Shown: positions 1 to 9,775, counted from the first letter of the stretch. The stretch is 43,705 bases of DNA from Bacteroidales bacterium (GCA_028710155.1 JAQUSR010000002.1:1-43705); one strand, 5' to 3'. A program made the numbers and translations. Notes: a model not told the origin generated them from the letters alone.

Positions 1-2
1 GT

Positions 3-791
3 TTAGATCCCGAAAAAGCCACTATTTATCTGCAAAGCGATGTTCCTGAAACTGCCGAGTTGTATCTGTTTTTGAACATGAACGCCTATTTGGGTGAGTT
101 GGAACGTTGTACCTCTTTTAAAGACAAAGTGCGTCAACAGCCTGAAAATGTGAATGCCGGACTGCTCACCTACCCCACTTTGATGGCTGCCGACATCATC
201 ATTCACAAAGCCACCAAAGTTCCGGTCGGAAAAGACCAAGGACAACATTTGGAGATGACACGCGTTTTCGCCCGCCGTTTTAACAACTTATACCACTGTT
301 CGATTTTTCCCGAACCCGAAGCTTTCAATTTCGGCGAAAGTCTGATTAAAATTCCCGGACTGAACGGTACCGGAAAAATGGGTAAATCGGAAGGCGAAGG
401 CAATGCCGTTTTTTTGTCAGAAGATCCTAAAAGCATTCAAAAAAAGGTGATGCGTGCCGTCAGCGACAGCGGACCTACTGAGCCGAATCAGCCAAAATCG
501 GAGCCTATTCAAAATCTGTTCGATTTACTGAAAGCCGTTTCCACGCCCGAAATCGTTCAACAATTTGAAGATGCCTACAACCAATGTTCGATTCGCTACG
601 GCGATTTGAAAAAACAATTGGCTGAAGATATGATTCGATTTACCGAACCTTTCCGCGAAAAAACGAAAGAACTTTTAGCCAACGATCAATTGTTGGAAAA
701 AATCACAAAAATGGGTGCCGAAAAAGCACGCGAAAGTGCCCAAAAAACCATCAAAGAAGTACGACAAGCCATCGGATTGAGATATTTCTAA
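3..791 (+). CDS. trpS: Tryptophan--tRNA ligase, C-terminal ~260 aa (5' end lies outside the window)
   Basis: The frame is open from the window edge (LDPEKATIYLQSDVPE...). KMSKS-type loop seen as KMGKSEG. GKDQGQHLEMTRVFARRFN is typical of TrpRS. Confidence 0.9.
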   Translation, partial: LDPEKATIYLQSDVPETAELYLFLNMNAYLGELERCTSFKDKVRQQPENVNAGLLTYPTLMAADIIIHKATKVPVGKDQGQHLEMTRVFARRFNNLYHCSIFPEPEAFNFGESLIKIPGLNGTGKMGKSEGEGNAVFLSEDPKSIQKKVMRAVSDSGPTEPNQPKSEPIQNLFDLLKAVSTPEIVQQFEDAYNQCSIRYGDLKKQLAEDMIRFTEPFREKTKELLANDQLLEKITKMGAEKARESAQKTIKEVRQAIGLRYF

Positions 792-793
792 CC

Positions 794-1720
794 ATGAAAA
801 ATTTCACCTATTATCTTTTAAAAGGCGTCTATTTCTTTATCGGATTACAACCGTTTTGGTTGAATTATCTTCTTTCCGACCTCATCTTTTTATTAGCTTA
901 TCATGGTATTGGATACCGTAAAAAAATAGTATTCAATAATTTAAAGAATTCTTTTCCTGAAAAATCAGATCAAGAATTGAAACAAATTCGGCGAAAATTT
1001 TATCGATATTTTTCTGATTTTTTGATCGAGACTGTCAAATTCAGAGTGATTTCTGAAAAGAAACTCTCGCGGCATATCACCATCAAAAACATGGAGTTGT
1101 TTGAGAAAATTGCTGCTACCGGAAAAAGTGTCATTGTTACTGCCGGACATCAATTTAATTGGGAATGGATTTTATATTTAACCAAACTGATTCCTTTTCA
1201 AGCCGTTGGAATTTATGCTCCTTTAGAAAATCAATCGTTTGAGCGGATGCAGTTCGAAACACGACATCGTTGGGATATGATTTTGGTTCCTCGCAAAAAC
1301 GGCGTGTTGAAAGCCATCGATGAAGCAGGAATTACACATCTGAAAATCGGAATGTTGCTTTTTGCCGATCAAATTCCATCCAATCCTCGCAAATCGTATT
1401 GGACCATGTTTTTGAATCAAGAAACAGAATTTTATATCGGAGCCGAGCGTTTATCGCGCGAGTTGGATTGTCCGCTGGTTTTTGTGGAGATGATTAAAGA
1501 AAAAAGAGGTCACTATTGCTACGAAGTGCACGACTTGTGCCATGATCCTAAAACAGCTAACGATATGGAAATTATCGAAATGTATAAAAATCATCTGGAA
1601 GCTGCCATCCGTCGTCATCCCGAAAATTGGTTGTGGTCGCATCGCCGTTGGAAACACCAACGTCCCGAAAAGCGAAATTTATACGAAAATCCCTATCTTC
1701 ACCCCATTTCAGAATCTTGA
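794..1720 (+). CDS. LpxL/HtrB-family lipid A late acyltransferase-like protein
   Basis: 308-aa ORF starting 3 nt after the trpS stop. Hydrophobic N-terminus, then an acyltransferase HX4(D/E)-type box seen as AGHQFNWEW. The 3' end overlaps convergent engB by 22 nt. Confidence 0.7.
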   Translation: MKNFTYYLLKGVYFFIGLQPFWLNYLLSDLIFLLAYHGIGYRKKIVFNNLKNSFPEKSDQELKQIRRKFYRYFSDFLIETVKFRVISEKKLSRHITIKNMELFEKIAATGKSVIVTAGHQFNWEWILYLTKLIPFQAVGIYAPLENQSFERMQFETRHRWDMILVPRKNGVLKAIDEAGITHLKIGMLLFADQIPSNPRKSYWTMFLNQETEFYIGAERLSRELDCPLVFVEMIKEKRGHYCYEVHDLCHDPKTANDMEIIEMYKNHLEAAIRRHPENWLWSHRRWKHQRPEKRNLYENPYLHPISES

Positions 1721-2304
1721 ACCATCGCTTCGATAATACCGAGAATTTCATCTTTTCCCACTCCCGTTTCTGACGATGAAACCACGGCATGAGGCAACTC
1801 CTGCCACATTTTTTGCAATTCTTTCACCCACAGTTTCAACGTTTTGGAAATTTGATTGGACGACACTTTATCGCATTTGGTGAAAATGATGGAAAAGTTC
1901 AAATTATGGTCAGCCAACCATTGCATAAACTCTAAATCAATTTTTTGCGGCTCTAACCTAATGTCAATCAAGACAAAGATGTTGCGAAGGTTTTCGCGTT
2001 TTTTGAGATAGTTTTTGGTTTCCGTTTCCCAACGTTCGCGTGTCGATTTTGAAATTTTGGCGAAACCATACCCCGGTAAATCAACCAAATGCCAACGTTC
2101 ATTAATCAGAAAGAAATTCATCAATTGCGTTTTCCCCGGCTTTCCCGATGTTTTAGCTAAATCTTTATGATCGCACAACATGTTGATTAACGATGATTTA
2201 CCAACATTAGACCGACCGATGAATGCAAATTCCGGCAACGTTGAAACGGGACAACGTTTCAAATCGGGAGCACTGAGAACAAACGTTTTTGTTTTTATTT
2301 TCAC
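1699..2304 (-). CDS. engB: Ribosome biogenesis GTP-binding protein YihA/EngB
   Basis: P-loop GRSNVGKSSLIN, G3 DLPGYG, G4 TKCDK. 201 aa. Starts 4 nt after the stop of the upstream GNAT gene. Confidence 0.9.
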   Translation of the reverse strand: MKIKTKTFVLSAPDLKRCPVSTLPEFAFIGRSNVGKSSLINMLCDHKDLAKTSGKPGKTQLMNFFLINERWHLVDLPGYGFAKISKSTRERWETETKNYLKKRENLRNIFVLIDIRLEPQKIDLEFMQWLADHNLNFSIIFTKCDKVSSNQISKTLKLWVKELQKMWQELPHAVVSSSETGVGKDEILGIIEAMVQDSEMG

Positions 2305-2308
2305 GCGG

Positions 2309-3322
2309 CTATTTTTTCAAATTATTAGTTTGGACGATCTCTTTGATTCGTTTGACGATAGGTTGCCCGATTTTAATCTTATGGTTGAATAATGAAATAT
2401 GACGCGCTACCTTTTTTTCATACATATCGTTGATAGTTACTAAGATACCCGATTCTTCGGTGTGTCCGAAATCCTCGTTTTGCGCTGTTCCGAAAAACCG
2501 CATCGAAGGAGACAAATTCATATAAGCATTGACCAACGGGGGAATATTTTCTTTGTAGTCTCTTAAAATTTTATTCAAAATTTTGTAATCGTCAGAAAAT
2601 GTGCTACATGTAAAAGGTGTATTGTATTTTTCCAACATAGAGACGTCGATGACCGGATATTTAGGCAACGCCATTTTGTCGGGATCAGGAAAATGACGAT
2701 AGAGAAATGCCAGCAAATAGTTGCGCGCCTCTTTGTCGTAGCCCGAATACATGGTCATTTTGCCGAAAAAATATTTGATTTGCGGATTGATAAAAATCAA
2801 GGCACCCAAGCCGTCCCAAATGTTATCCAACGAAAACATACCTTTACGAACATCGAAAGTGGCTTGATATTCAGGACGAATGAAAGAACGTCCCAACTCA
2901 ATGGTGTGCGGTACGTAATTCTCAATAAAAAAATCGCTAAGTTTAAACAGATGCGAGGTGGGCGAATCCAACTCACCCGTGGGTAAGCGTTTCAAATCGC
3001 TACATTTGATGAACCGATAGCCACCAATAATTTCTTGGTCTTTCGGATCCCAAACAATCAGTTGTTCAAAGGAATTGGGCGCCAAATCGTATTCATCCAA
3101 ATCTAATTCGTTGCCTGTACCTCCGCCCGAATCTCGAAACGAAATCTCGCGTAAACGACCGATTTCGCGTAAAATATTCGGAGAATCCTGATTATTGACA
3201 ATAAAAATATCGCGATTGCCGTAGTTGGTATCACGAACAAATTTATTTCTTGTCAACTCCTTTATAATTAGTGCTTTGTTGACTTCAGGAATGACGTTTT
3301 TCATTTGAATGGATTGTATCAT
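2309..3322 (-). CDS. glsB: GNAT-type N-acyltransferase, OlsB/GlsB-like (amino-acid lipid synthesis)
   Basis: 337-aa cytoplasmic ORF resembling hemolysin-like or OlsB-type N-acyltransferases. An LPLAT-type acyltransferase lies directly upstream, as in the Bacteroides glycine-lipid locus. Alternative start at M7 (3304). The symbol is by analogy only. Confidence 0.6.
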   Translation of the reverse strand: MIQSIQMKNVIPEVNKALIIKELTRNKFVRDTNYGNRDIFIVNNQDSPNILREIGRLREISFRDSGGGTGNELDLDEYDLAPNSFEQLIVWDPKDQEIIGGYRFIKCSDLKRLPTGELDSPTSHLFKLSDFFIENYVPHTIELGRSFIRPEYQATFDVRKGMFSLDNIWDGLGALIFINPQIKYFFGKMTMYSGYDKEARNYLLAFLYRHFPDPDKMALPKYPVIDVSMLEKYNTPFTCSTFSDDYKILNKILRDYKENIPPLVNAYMNLSPSMRFFGTAQNEDFGHTEESGILVTINDMYEKKVARHISLFNHKIKIGQPIVKRIKEIVQTNNLKK

Positions 3323-3469
3323 TTTGTTTTGCGTCTCAGTTTGATAGAACCAATATTGTGTTAAAAAATTTAAAACTTATTAATTGTAAAAACTTACAAT
3401 TGGTTGTATTATTGTATTTTTGAATTTTTTATTGCTGATTTTTAAATGTTTATGTTTAAAAAAACGCAA

Positions 3470-4354
3470 TTATTTCTGTTGTTTTGCAACATATTCTTGA
3501 AACGATTCGGTGCCATTTTTGATGGTATAACAAAAATCACGCATCAACCGTGCCCATTCGATCGGTTTGCGGCTTTTATCAAAAAATTGGTATGAAACAG
3601 GTTGTGCAAAAACAATTTTCAGATGCGCTCCTTTTTGTCGGAACATCTCATCGGGAAGATAAATCATCTCGATATTAGCTTTGATTTTCAATCGTTTTCG
3701 CCAATTTGCCAAGTTGTAAAAAAAGTTGGAGTTGGCACCTTCGACATGTGTCGGGACAATATCTCGTTGATTTTTAACGGCTAACGAAATAAACGTTTTT
3801 TTCCATTCTAAATCACGAATGATACCACCTTTTTGTTTTCGTGAGCAAAGACCCGCCGGAAAATACAAAATCGGCTTTGCGGAAGCAAAGTTTTCGTTGA
3901 AAATGGCTGCATTGGAAGCATTGGAACCGTGTTTATTCACCGGAATAAAAGCTCCGTGAAACTGCGGAATGAACAACAACAAATCGTTGACGGGAAACAC
4001 TACATCGGGAAATTTTTGTCCCACCTGCGATAGCAAAGCCATTCCGTCTAAACCACCCAACGGATGGTTCGATGCCACTAAAAACCGATTCTCTTTTGCC
4101 AAATTTTCCATCCCCGTTGACGAAACCTCCACGCCAAAACGTTTCAAAATATGCGTGGCAAACTCCACCGGTTGATCGTTGCGAAACGAATAGATAATTT
4201 CATTGATTTCGTCTTGATGGATGATACGCTTTACTTTGTGAATCAAAAACTTGGGAATCCATTTCAATAACTTCGGATTCTTGGAGGCAATCACTTTTTC
4301 GACATCAATAGTGGTTTCGGTAATAGTTAATCGAGGATCGGACAATTCAGACAT
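3470..4354 (-). CDS. glsA: Lysophospholipid (1-acylglycerol-3-phosphate type) O-acyltransferase, GlsA/OlsA-like
   Basis: 294 aa. Acyltransferase HX4D box seen as SNHPLGGLDG. Sits upstream of the GNAT N-acyltransferase on the same strand. The symbol is by analogy only. Confidence 0.6.
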   Translation of the reverse strand: MSELSDPRLTITETTIDVEKVIASKNPKLLKWIPKFLIHKVKRIIHQDEINEIIYSFRNDQPVEFATHILKRFGVEVSSTGMENLAKENRFLVASNHPLGGLDGMALLSQVGQKFPDVVFPVNDLLLFIPQFHGAFIPVNKHGSNASNAAIFNENFASAKPILYFPAGLCSRKQKGGIIRDLEWKKTFISLAVKNQRDIVPTHVEGANSNFFYNLANWRKRLKIKANIEMIYLPDEMFRQKGAHLKIVFAQPVSYQFFDKSRKPIEWARLMRDFCYTIKNGTESFQEYVAKQQK

Positions 4355-4550
4355 GGCTTGAAAAATTGATGCAACGTTGAAATAAAACGTTAATAATTAA
4401 TTATTTTATTGATAAACAATATATTATAAATTCATTAAATGAATTGCAAAATAACAAAAAATTTCGACACGCTTTTATGAAATTGCTTCAATTTTCATAA
4501 AATTCTCTTTAGACATTTAGAAAGTTGCCCTTTATGTATTTTTTGGAGAT

Positions 4551-4593
4551 AAAAAATCAAAAAACGGCAAGTCGAAGAATGATTTGCCGTTTT
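4551..4593 (-). terminator. Rho-independent terminator downstream of the FG-GAP/T9SS gene
   Basis: Perfect 10-bp stem aaaacggcaa / ttgccgtttt with a 13-nt loop, followed on the minus strand by a U-rich tract (plus-strand aaaaaatcaa). Confidence 0.7.
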
Positions 4594-4609
4594 GTTGGTT
4601 GGTACGTCA

Positions 4610-7600
4610 CTAATGATTGATAACAATACGCTTGGAAATTATTTTTCCATCCATTGTTTTTATTTTGAGCCAATAAACGCCTATTTCTAAATGGTTGGTA
4701 TTGAAAGTTACCGTTGAACCTCCTTTCAATTGGATGTAATCAATCAATTGTCCCAAAATATTATGAATCGAGCAATAGCTCATATTTTCACCTTTAATTG
4801 TTACAACATTATTGGCCGGATTGGGGAAAACTTGAAAAGCCTCATCCACTTCGTTGATAGCGGGATCAATCGTTGAAGCACACGCCTCATTGGAAAAATC
4901 GGAGGTCGTTTCTTCTGAACAGATTGATTTTACCTGATAACAATAATCGTATTGAGGTTGAACATCTTGATCGATAAATTCGGTTGTTGCTACATTGGCG
5001 ATTTTTTCATCATCGCGATAGATATCATAACTTTCTGCAGTTTCGGAAGCTGTCCATAATAATGAGATTTCAATATTTTCTTCAGAAGATGTTGCCAATA
5101 GATTTGTAGGCGGTTCGCAAGAGGCATTGATTGTAAATTCGATGACGACCGACTCGGTTCCGACATCCGGATTTTGACTATGGAAAGTCATTGTGGCAGC
5201 AAAAATTCCGCTCGTCGCCCAATTGCCGTCCATTGTCAAATTCACTGTTTGCGATTGTCCTGCTTCGATGTTGCCGCCAACCACATCCATTGAAAGCCAA
5301 CGCTGTTGTGTAGGAATGGCAAAAGCCACCATATTACTTGGCAAATTGCCCACCAATTCTTTGGTACCATTATTTAAATCAAGACGATACAATTCACCAT
5401 ACATTTCATCATTACTCACCAACCGATAAGCCGCCCAATACATCGTGTTGGTTTCGCGATCGATGGCAAGATCTTGTAAATAATGGGCATTGAAACCCAT
5501 CGGCATCACTATAGTTTCTTCGCCGGTAATAGGATTCACTTCGAGAATGTTGTCGTTTTCAACATCTACAACAATAAACCTACCATCGTTAGTAATGGCA
5601 AAATTGGTGGTTTGGTGATTCATCGATCCCACAAATTGTGTGGCACCGGTGGTCATATCCAACGTATAAAAATCGGTATATGTTTTTACATATAATTGAT
5701 TATCATTTGAATTATAACACATTCCATATACATCTAATAAATTGTGTTGTAAAATAGGTGTTGCTATTCCTGTTTGAGGATCAATTCGGAAAAGATATGA
5801 CATATTGGGGTCAATAGCCAACCAATCACCGTTCACAAAATCACCGCCGCTCAACATATCGAAAGCGGCATCGGAACCATCGGTAAGAGCAATTGCGTTT
5901 TCAGGATCATTCAATGGAACTAACATCGGAATCGGATAGTTGGCATTCACATACTGATTGACCATATATGCAACGGTGTAGGGCGATTTTGTCGACTCTT
6001 CATATTCCAAATCAAAATTCCATGTTAAAGGACCTGTTCCATTGTTAGTGATGGTAATTGTTGCCGTTGCGTCTGTTCCATATTCTGTTGCAACCGAAAT
6101 TTGTGTCGGAGAAACAGAAAGAGACGGACTCGTCAAAACAAAATTTTTCGTCTCATCAGCAGTTGCCGGAAAATCATCTTCCAGCAAAATATTATAACCT
6201 GCTTTTGATATTTGGATATCATATAGTTCACCAACAACTGTTTCTAAGGAATAAAATCCATCAGAATCGGTTATTGTGGAAGGGTTTAAAACTCCGTCAA
6301 AAGCAACCGACGCCCCTTCGATAGGCAGGTTGGTTGCCATATCTGAAACAATGCCCGAAATGATCGCTTTATCAATCGCCGCACATTGGTGTTCGAATGT
6401 AATAAACGTTCCTGCAAGCATTCCGGAACCGACTTCTAATGTAAAAATATTGTCTCCTTGCAAATTGGTGACTTCAAAACCACATTCTGCATTATATTCT
6501 CCCGAAACCCAGTCCAACCGAGTTGTACCTTCCGGAATTATGACAGATTCGGAACCGCTTGCACCATCTTCCAATGTGATGTTGGCTAACAAAATATCGT
6601 TTTGAAAAACATTGATGGAAGCGCCGTTCCATCCATCGCCATATTCATCCAGCATATTGAAAATCAATTCACAAGATTGAGTCGGATTAGGCGTATTTTC
6701 TATAAAACCATTTCGCGCGTTGCTGCCTTTATAGGTTCCACAAAGAATACTGCCTTCGTTCAAAGGAACATTCAGCGGATAAACGTTGATGTAAACCTGA
6801 TCGGCCGGATTAAACGTCTGATCGTAGCTGATGGCAACAATATACATTTGTCCGTCACCAACAACATCGCCGATATTGGCACCATTTGTAAAGGTAAATC
6901 CTCGCGGACGAAGTGGAAATCCGGAAGTTACCGGTGTTCCATCCATTTTATAAGCATAAATAAAACCTCTTGACGGCGTTTCGTTCGACATCACATTACT
7001 ACCAAACAAAAGTTCGTATTGTCCATCATTATCAATATCTGCAACAGATGAAAATCCCTCACAACCATCTGATTTTGTGATAGGAAAACCCGATGCAATG
7101 TTACCGTCTTTGTTATATTTCCAAAACATGGGAGCATTTTCTGTAACGGGCAGACTCATAAAAATGCTGAAATTTCCATTTCCTTCCAAATCCACTACAG
7201 TCGGAGCGGTATAGGTCCATTGGCTCATCGGTTTGGGCCATCCCGATTTCATTTCACCCGTAAGTGCATCCCTCACATAATGAATTTGTGTGTTTCCATT
7301 ACAAGCACCTACAATTGCGTAGCGTCCATCGGCATCCAAATCAACAACTATGGGCGATTGATACGAATAGCTATAGTTTTCTTCCAAATCGAGTATCGGA
7401 TAGCCATCCAACACAGATCCTTGATTATCAAAAACATACAAACCACGCGTACATGCTGTAATAATCTCAAGATTGCCATCTGCATTAATATCTGCAATAG
7501 AAGGAGTTACTGCCGGTGCCGAATAAACGAACGCCGGAAATCCATTTATTTCTTCCCCGAGATGATTAATAACCCGTGTTGCCGGATTTAAAGAAATGCT

Positions 7601-8173
7601 TGTATTGCCGCGTGTTCCAAAAATAATTTCTACATTTCCATCATTATTGATGTCTGCTAAAGCCGGAGCACACGAAATAGGTCCTTTGGTTATTATAAAC
7701 GGAAATCCCGTCAATGCTGTGCCTATCGAAGAAAAAACATCAATCGCACCGCGACTATTACCAAAAGAATTGGCTACTACAATTTCTAATGCACCATCGT
7801 TGTTAATATCAGCCACCGAAGCCGGATATTGTGCATAACCGTTAAGTGTTGCCGTCCATAAAACGGTTCCGTCTCCTTTGATTACTTTTACGTAATCGTT
7901 GTGCGCAAGAATAATTTCATCACCGGCTAAACCGTCGATATCGGCTAAAACTACGCCACGCATGGGTTTATAAGTAGTATTGGAAGTGAACGACATGGGA
8001 AAACCCGTCAATTGAGGCAACTCTTCCAACGTTTCACGCAACGGTTGTTGTAATGCTTTATCTCGCACCAAAACTTGACCGTTTTCATTAAGATAAGCTT
8101 CATGAACAAGCGTTTGTGCCTGTATTGTAATGATTACAAACAGACTTACCATAAAAAATAAAAAACTTTTCAT
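4610..8173 (-). CDS. Large secreted multidomain protein: FG-GAP/VCBS-type repeats, GDGWNG domain, CarboxypepD_reg-like, Ig-like, beta-propeller-like repeats, Fn3, T9SS C-terminal sorting domain
   Basis: 1187 aa with signal peptide MKSFLFFMVSLFVIITIQAQ. Repeated Ca-binding-like ADINNDG / ADINADG / VDLDADG / ADIDNDG motifs. DEYGDGWNGASINVF block. GIVSD...DSDGFYSL (carboxypeptidase-regulatory-like). Fn3-like EPPTNLLATS...YDIYRDDEKI. C-terminal FQVFPNPANNVVTIK...GVYWLKIKT...KRIVINH is typical of a type A T9SS CTD. Confidence 0.85.
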   Translation of the reverse strand: MKSFLFFMVSLFVIITIQAQTLVHEAYLNENGQVLVRDKALQQPLRETLEELPQLTGFPMSFTSNTTYKPMRGVVLADIDGLAGDEIILAHNDYVKVIKGDGTVLWTATLNGYAQYPASVADINNDGALEIVVANSFGNSRGAIDVFSSIGTALTGFPFIITKGPISCAPALADINNDGNVEIIFGTRGNTSISLNPATRVINHLGEEINGFPAFVYSAPAVTPSIADINADGNLEIITACTRGLYVFDNQGSVLDGYPILDLEENYSYSYQSPIVVDLDADGRYAIVGACNGNTQIHYVRDALTGEMKSGWPKPMSQWTYTAPTVVDLEGNGNFSIFMSLPVTENAPMFWKYNKDGNIASGFPITKSDGCEGFSSVADIDNDGQYELLFGSNVMSNETPSRGFIYAYKMDGTPVTSGFPLRPRGFTFTNGANIGDVVGDGQMYIVAISYDQTFNPADQVYINVYPLNVPLNEGSILCGTYKGSNARNGFIENTPNPTQSCELIFNMLDEYGDGWNGASINVFQNDILLANITLEDGASGSESVIIPEGTTRLDWVSGEYNAECGFEVTNLQGDNIFTLEVGSGMLAGTFITFEHQCAAIDKAIISGIVSDMATNLPIEGASVAFDGVLNPSTITDSDGFYSLETVVGELYDIQISKAGYNILLEDDFPATADETKNFVLTSPSLSVSPTQISVATEYGTDATATITITNNGTGPLTWNFDLEYEESTKSPYTVAYMVNQYVNANYPIPMLVPLNDPENAIALTDGSDAAFDMLSGGDFVNGDWLAIDPNMSYLFRIDPQTGIATPILQHNLLDVYGMCYNSNDNQLYVKTYTDFYTLDMTTGATQFVGSMNHQTTNFAITNDGRFIVVDVENDNILEVNPITGEETIVMPMGFNAHYLQDLAIDRETNTMYWAAYRLVSNDEMYGELYRLDLNNGTKELVGNLPSNMVAFAIPTQQRWLSMDVVGGNIEAGQSQTVNLTMDGNWATSGIFAATMTFHSQNPDVGTESVVIEFTINASCEPPTNLLATSSEENIEISLLWTASETAESYDIYRDDEKIANVATTEFIDQDVQPQYDYCYQVKSICSEETTSDFSNEACASTIDPAINEVDEAFQVFPNPANNVVTIKGENMSYCSIHNILGQLIDYIQLKGGSTVTFNTNHLEIGVYWLKIKTMDGKIISKRIVINH

Positions 8174-8221
8174 AACACTTTATTTATTTTATAATTTTTC
8201 TCGAATTGATGAAATTTGATG

Positions 8222-8229
8222 CAAAAGTA
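8222..8229 (-). promoter_or_regulatory. Bacteroidota sigma-A -7 box (TActTTTG on the minus strand) for the FG-GAP gene
   Basis: Plus-strand caaaagta is the reverse complement of TACTTTTG, about 49 nt upstream of the start codon at 8173. Confidence 0.5.
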
Positions 8230-8492
8230 ATCCTTTCAAAACATGTAGAAACATTTTTTTGTAAATAAAATTTAAAACCCGCCGTGTTTTTTATGAACCA
8301 TTTTCCGCTTTGGAATACCTTGACATTTATGACGATATTTAGTACCTTTCTTTGGTTTCCTTACCCATTTTCAAAAGGCGAGATTTAGTGCGTATTGATT
8401 CAATATTTAAGTGTCTACCGTAAAGCAACAATAATTTCAAATTTTCTAAAAATATTTACTATAAAATTTTTTGCAAAAATCATCATTTTTGC

Positions 8493-8500
8493 GACCTTTG
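8493..8500 (+). promoter_or_regulatory. Possible -7 box (GAccTTTG, imperfect) upstream of rlmI
   Basis: gcGACCTTTGCACttc shares the extended CCTTTGCAC core seen at other promoters here. It lies ~97 nt upstream of the ATG and its first base deviates from TA. Confidence 0.3.
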
Positions 8501-8596
8501 CACTTCAATTTTTCTTGGGAAATAATTCCGAATTAAATGTTTTTTAATGATAAAAATATCATCTTAGTCTATTGATATTTACGTAAATAAAATTCT

Positions 8597-9775
8597 ATGT
8601 ACGCAAAAATATTTTTGAAAAAAAATCGCGAAGAAGCCTTGAAACGTTTTCATCGTTGGATTTTTTCCGGTGCCATTCAACGTATTGAAGGCAATTCTGC
8701 TGATGGCGATATCGTTGAAGTTTTCTCAAATGATGGCACTTATTTGGCTACCGGTCATTATCAAAAAGGATCCATTACCGTTCGCATCATCTCTTTTAAG
8801 CAAACGACCATTGATGAATCGTTTTGGGAAGAAAAATTACAAAAATCCATCGCCATGCGTCTTTCATTAGGTTTTTTCGACCACGCCGAGACCAATGTCT
8901 TTCGCTTAGTTCATGGCGAGGGAGACGGTTTTCCGGGATTAATTGTCGATTATTATAACGGTGTTGTTGTTTTACAAGCCCACTCGGTCGGAATGTTTCG
9001 CGAGCGTGAAACCTTTGCCCGAATTTTGCAACGTTTAAACATCCTTAAAACCACTGCTGTTTTCGATAAAAGCAGCAATACTATCAACTACAAAGAGGGT
9101 GAAGCCAAAGATATTTTTCTTTCCGGCAACGAAAAGCTGCCCCAAGTTTCTGAATACGGCAATCAATTTTTGATTGATATAGAGACCGGCCAAAAAACAG
9201 GATTTTTCATCGATCAACGCGAAAATCGCCATCTTTTGCAACAATATTCTCACGGACGAACCGTACTCAATTTATTTGGTTATACGGGTGGTTTTTCTGT
9301 CTATGCCATTCGCGGCGGTGCTAAAATGACTGATACAGTAGATGTTTCCGAAAGTGCTATTCAATTGACCAACAAAAATATAGAACTAAATTTCGGCACC
9401 AACGCTCCTCATCAATCTTTTGTTGTTGATGCGTTTGAATATTTGAAAAATCCGGCACGTAAATACGATTTAATCATTCTCGATCCACCCGCTTTTGCCA
9501 AACACCAAAGTGCAATCGACAACGCAATGAAAGCCTATCGCCGGTTAAACAGACAAGCATTGGAGCAAATTTTGCCACAAGGCATCCTTTTCACCTTTTC
9601 ATGTTCGCAAGTGGTCAATTCCGAAATGTTTCAAACCGCAGTGTTAAGTGCCGCCATCGATGCCGGACGCAGTGTTCGTATTTTGCACAAACTAACGCAA
9701 CCCGCTGATCATCCCATTAATATTTTCCATCCTGAAGGCAGCTATTTGAAAGGATTGGTGCTTTTTGTAGAATAA
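8597..9775 (+). CDS. rlmI: 23S rRNA (cytosine-C5)-methyltransferase RlmI-like, class I SAM-dependent
   Basis: 392 aa. PUA-like N-terminal region. Glycine-rich SAM loop LNLFGYTGGFSVYA. Motif IV ILDPPAF. Confidence 0.8.
   Translation: MYAKIFLKKNREEALKRFHRWIFSGAIQRIEGNSADGDIVEVFSNDGTYLATGHYQKGSITVRIISFKQTTIDESFWEEKLQKSIAMRLSLGFFDHAETNVFRLVHGEGDGFPGLIVDYYNGVVVLQAHSVGMFRERETFARILQRLNILKTTAVFDKSSNTINYKEGEAKDIFLSGNEKLPQVSEYGNQFLIDIETGQKTGFFIDQRENRHLLQQYSHGRTVLNLFGYTGGFSVYAIRGGAKMTDTVDVSESAIQLTNKNIELNFGTNAPHQSFVVDAFEYLKNPARKYDLIILDPPAFAKHQSAIDNAMKAYRRLNRQALEQILPQGILFTFSCSQVVNSEMFQTAVLSAAIDAGRSVRILHKLTQPADHPINIFHPEGSYLKGLVLFVE

Noticed and set aside
5193-7838. Series of plus-strand ORFs (78-123 aa) inside the FG-GAP/T9SS gene.
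   Set aside because: All are antisense to a long, domain-rich, well-supported 1187-aa CDS. Their products are low-complexity with no motifs. They are typical shadow ORFs.
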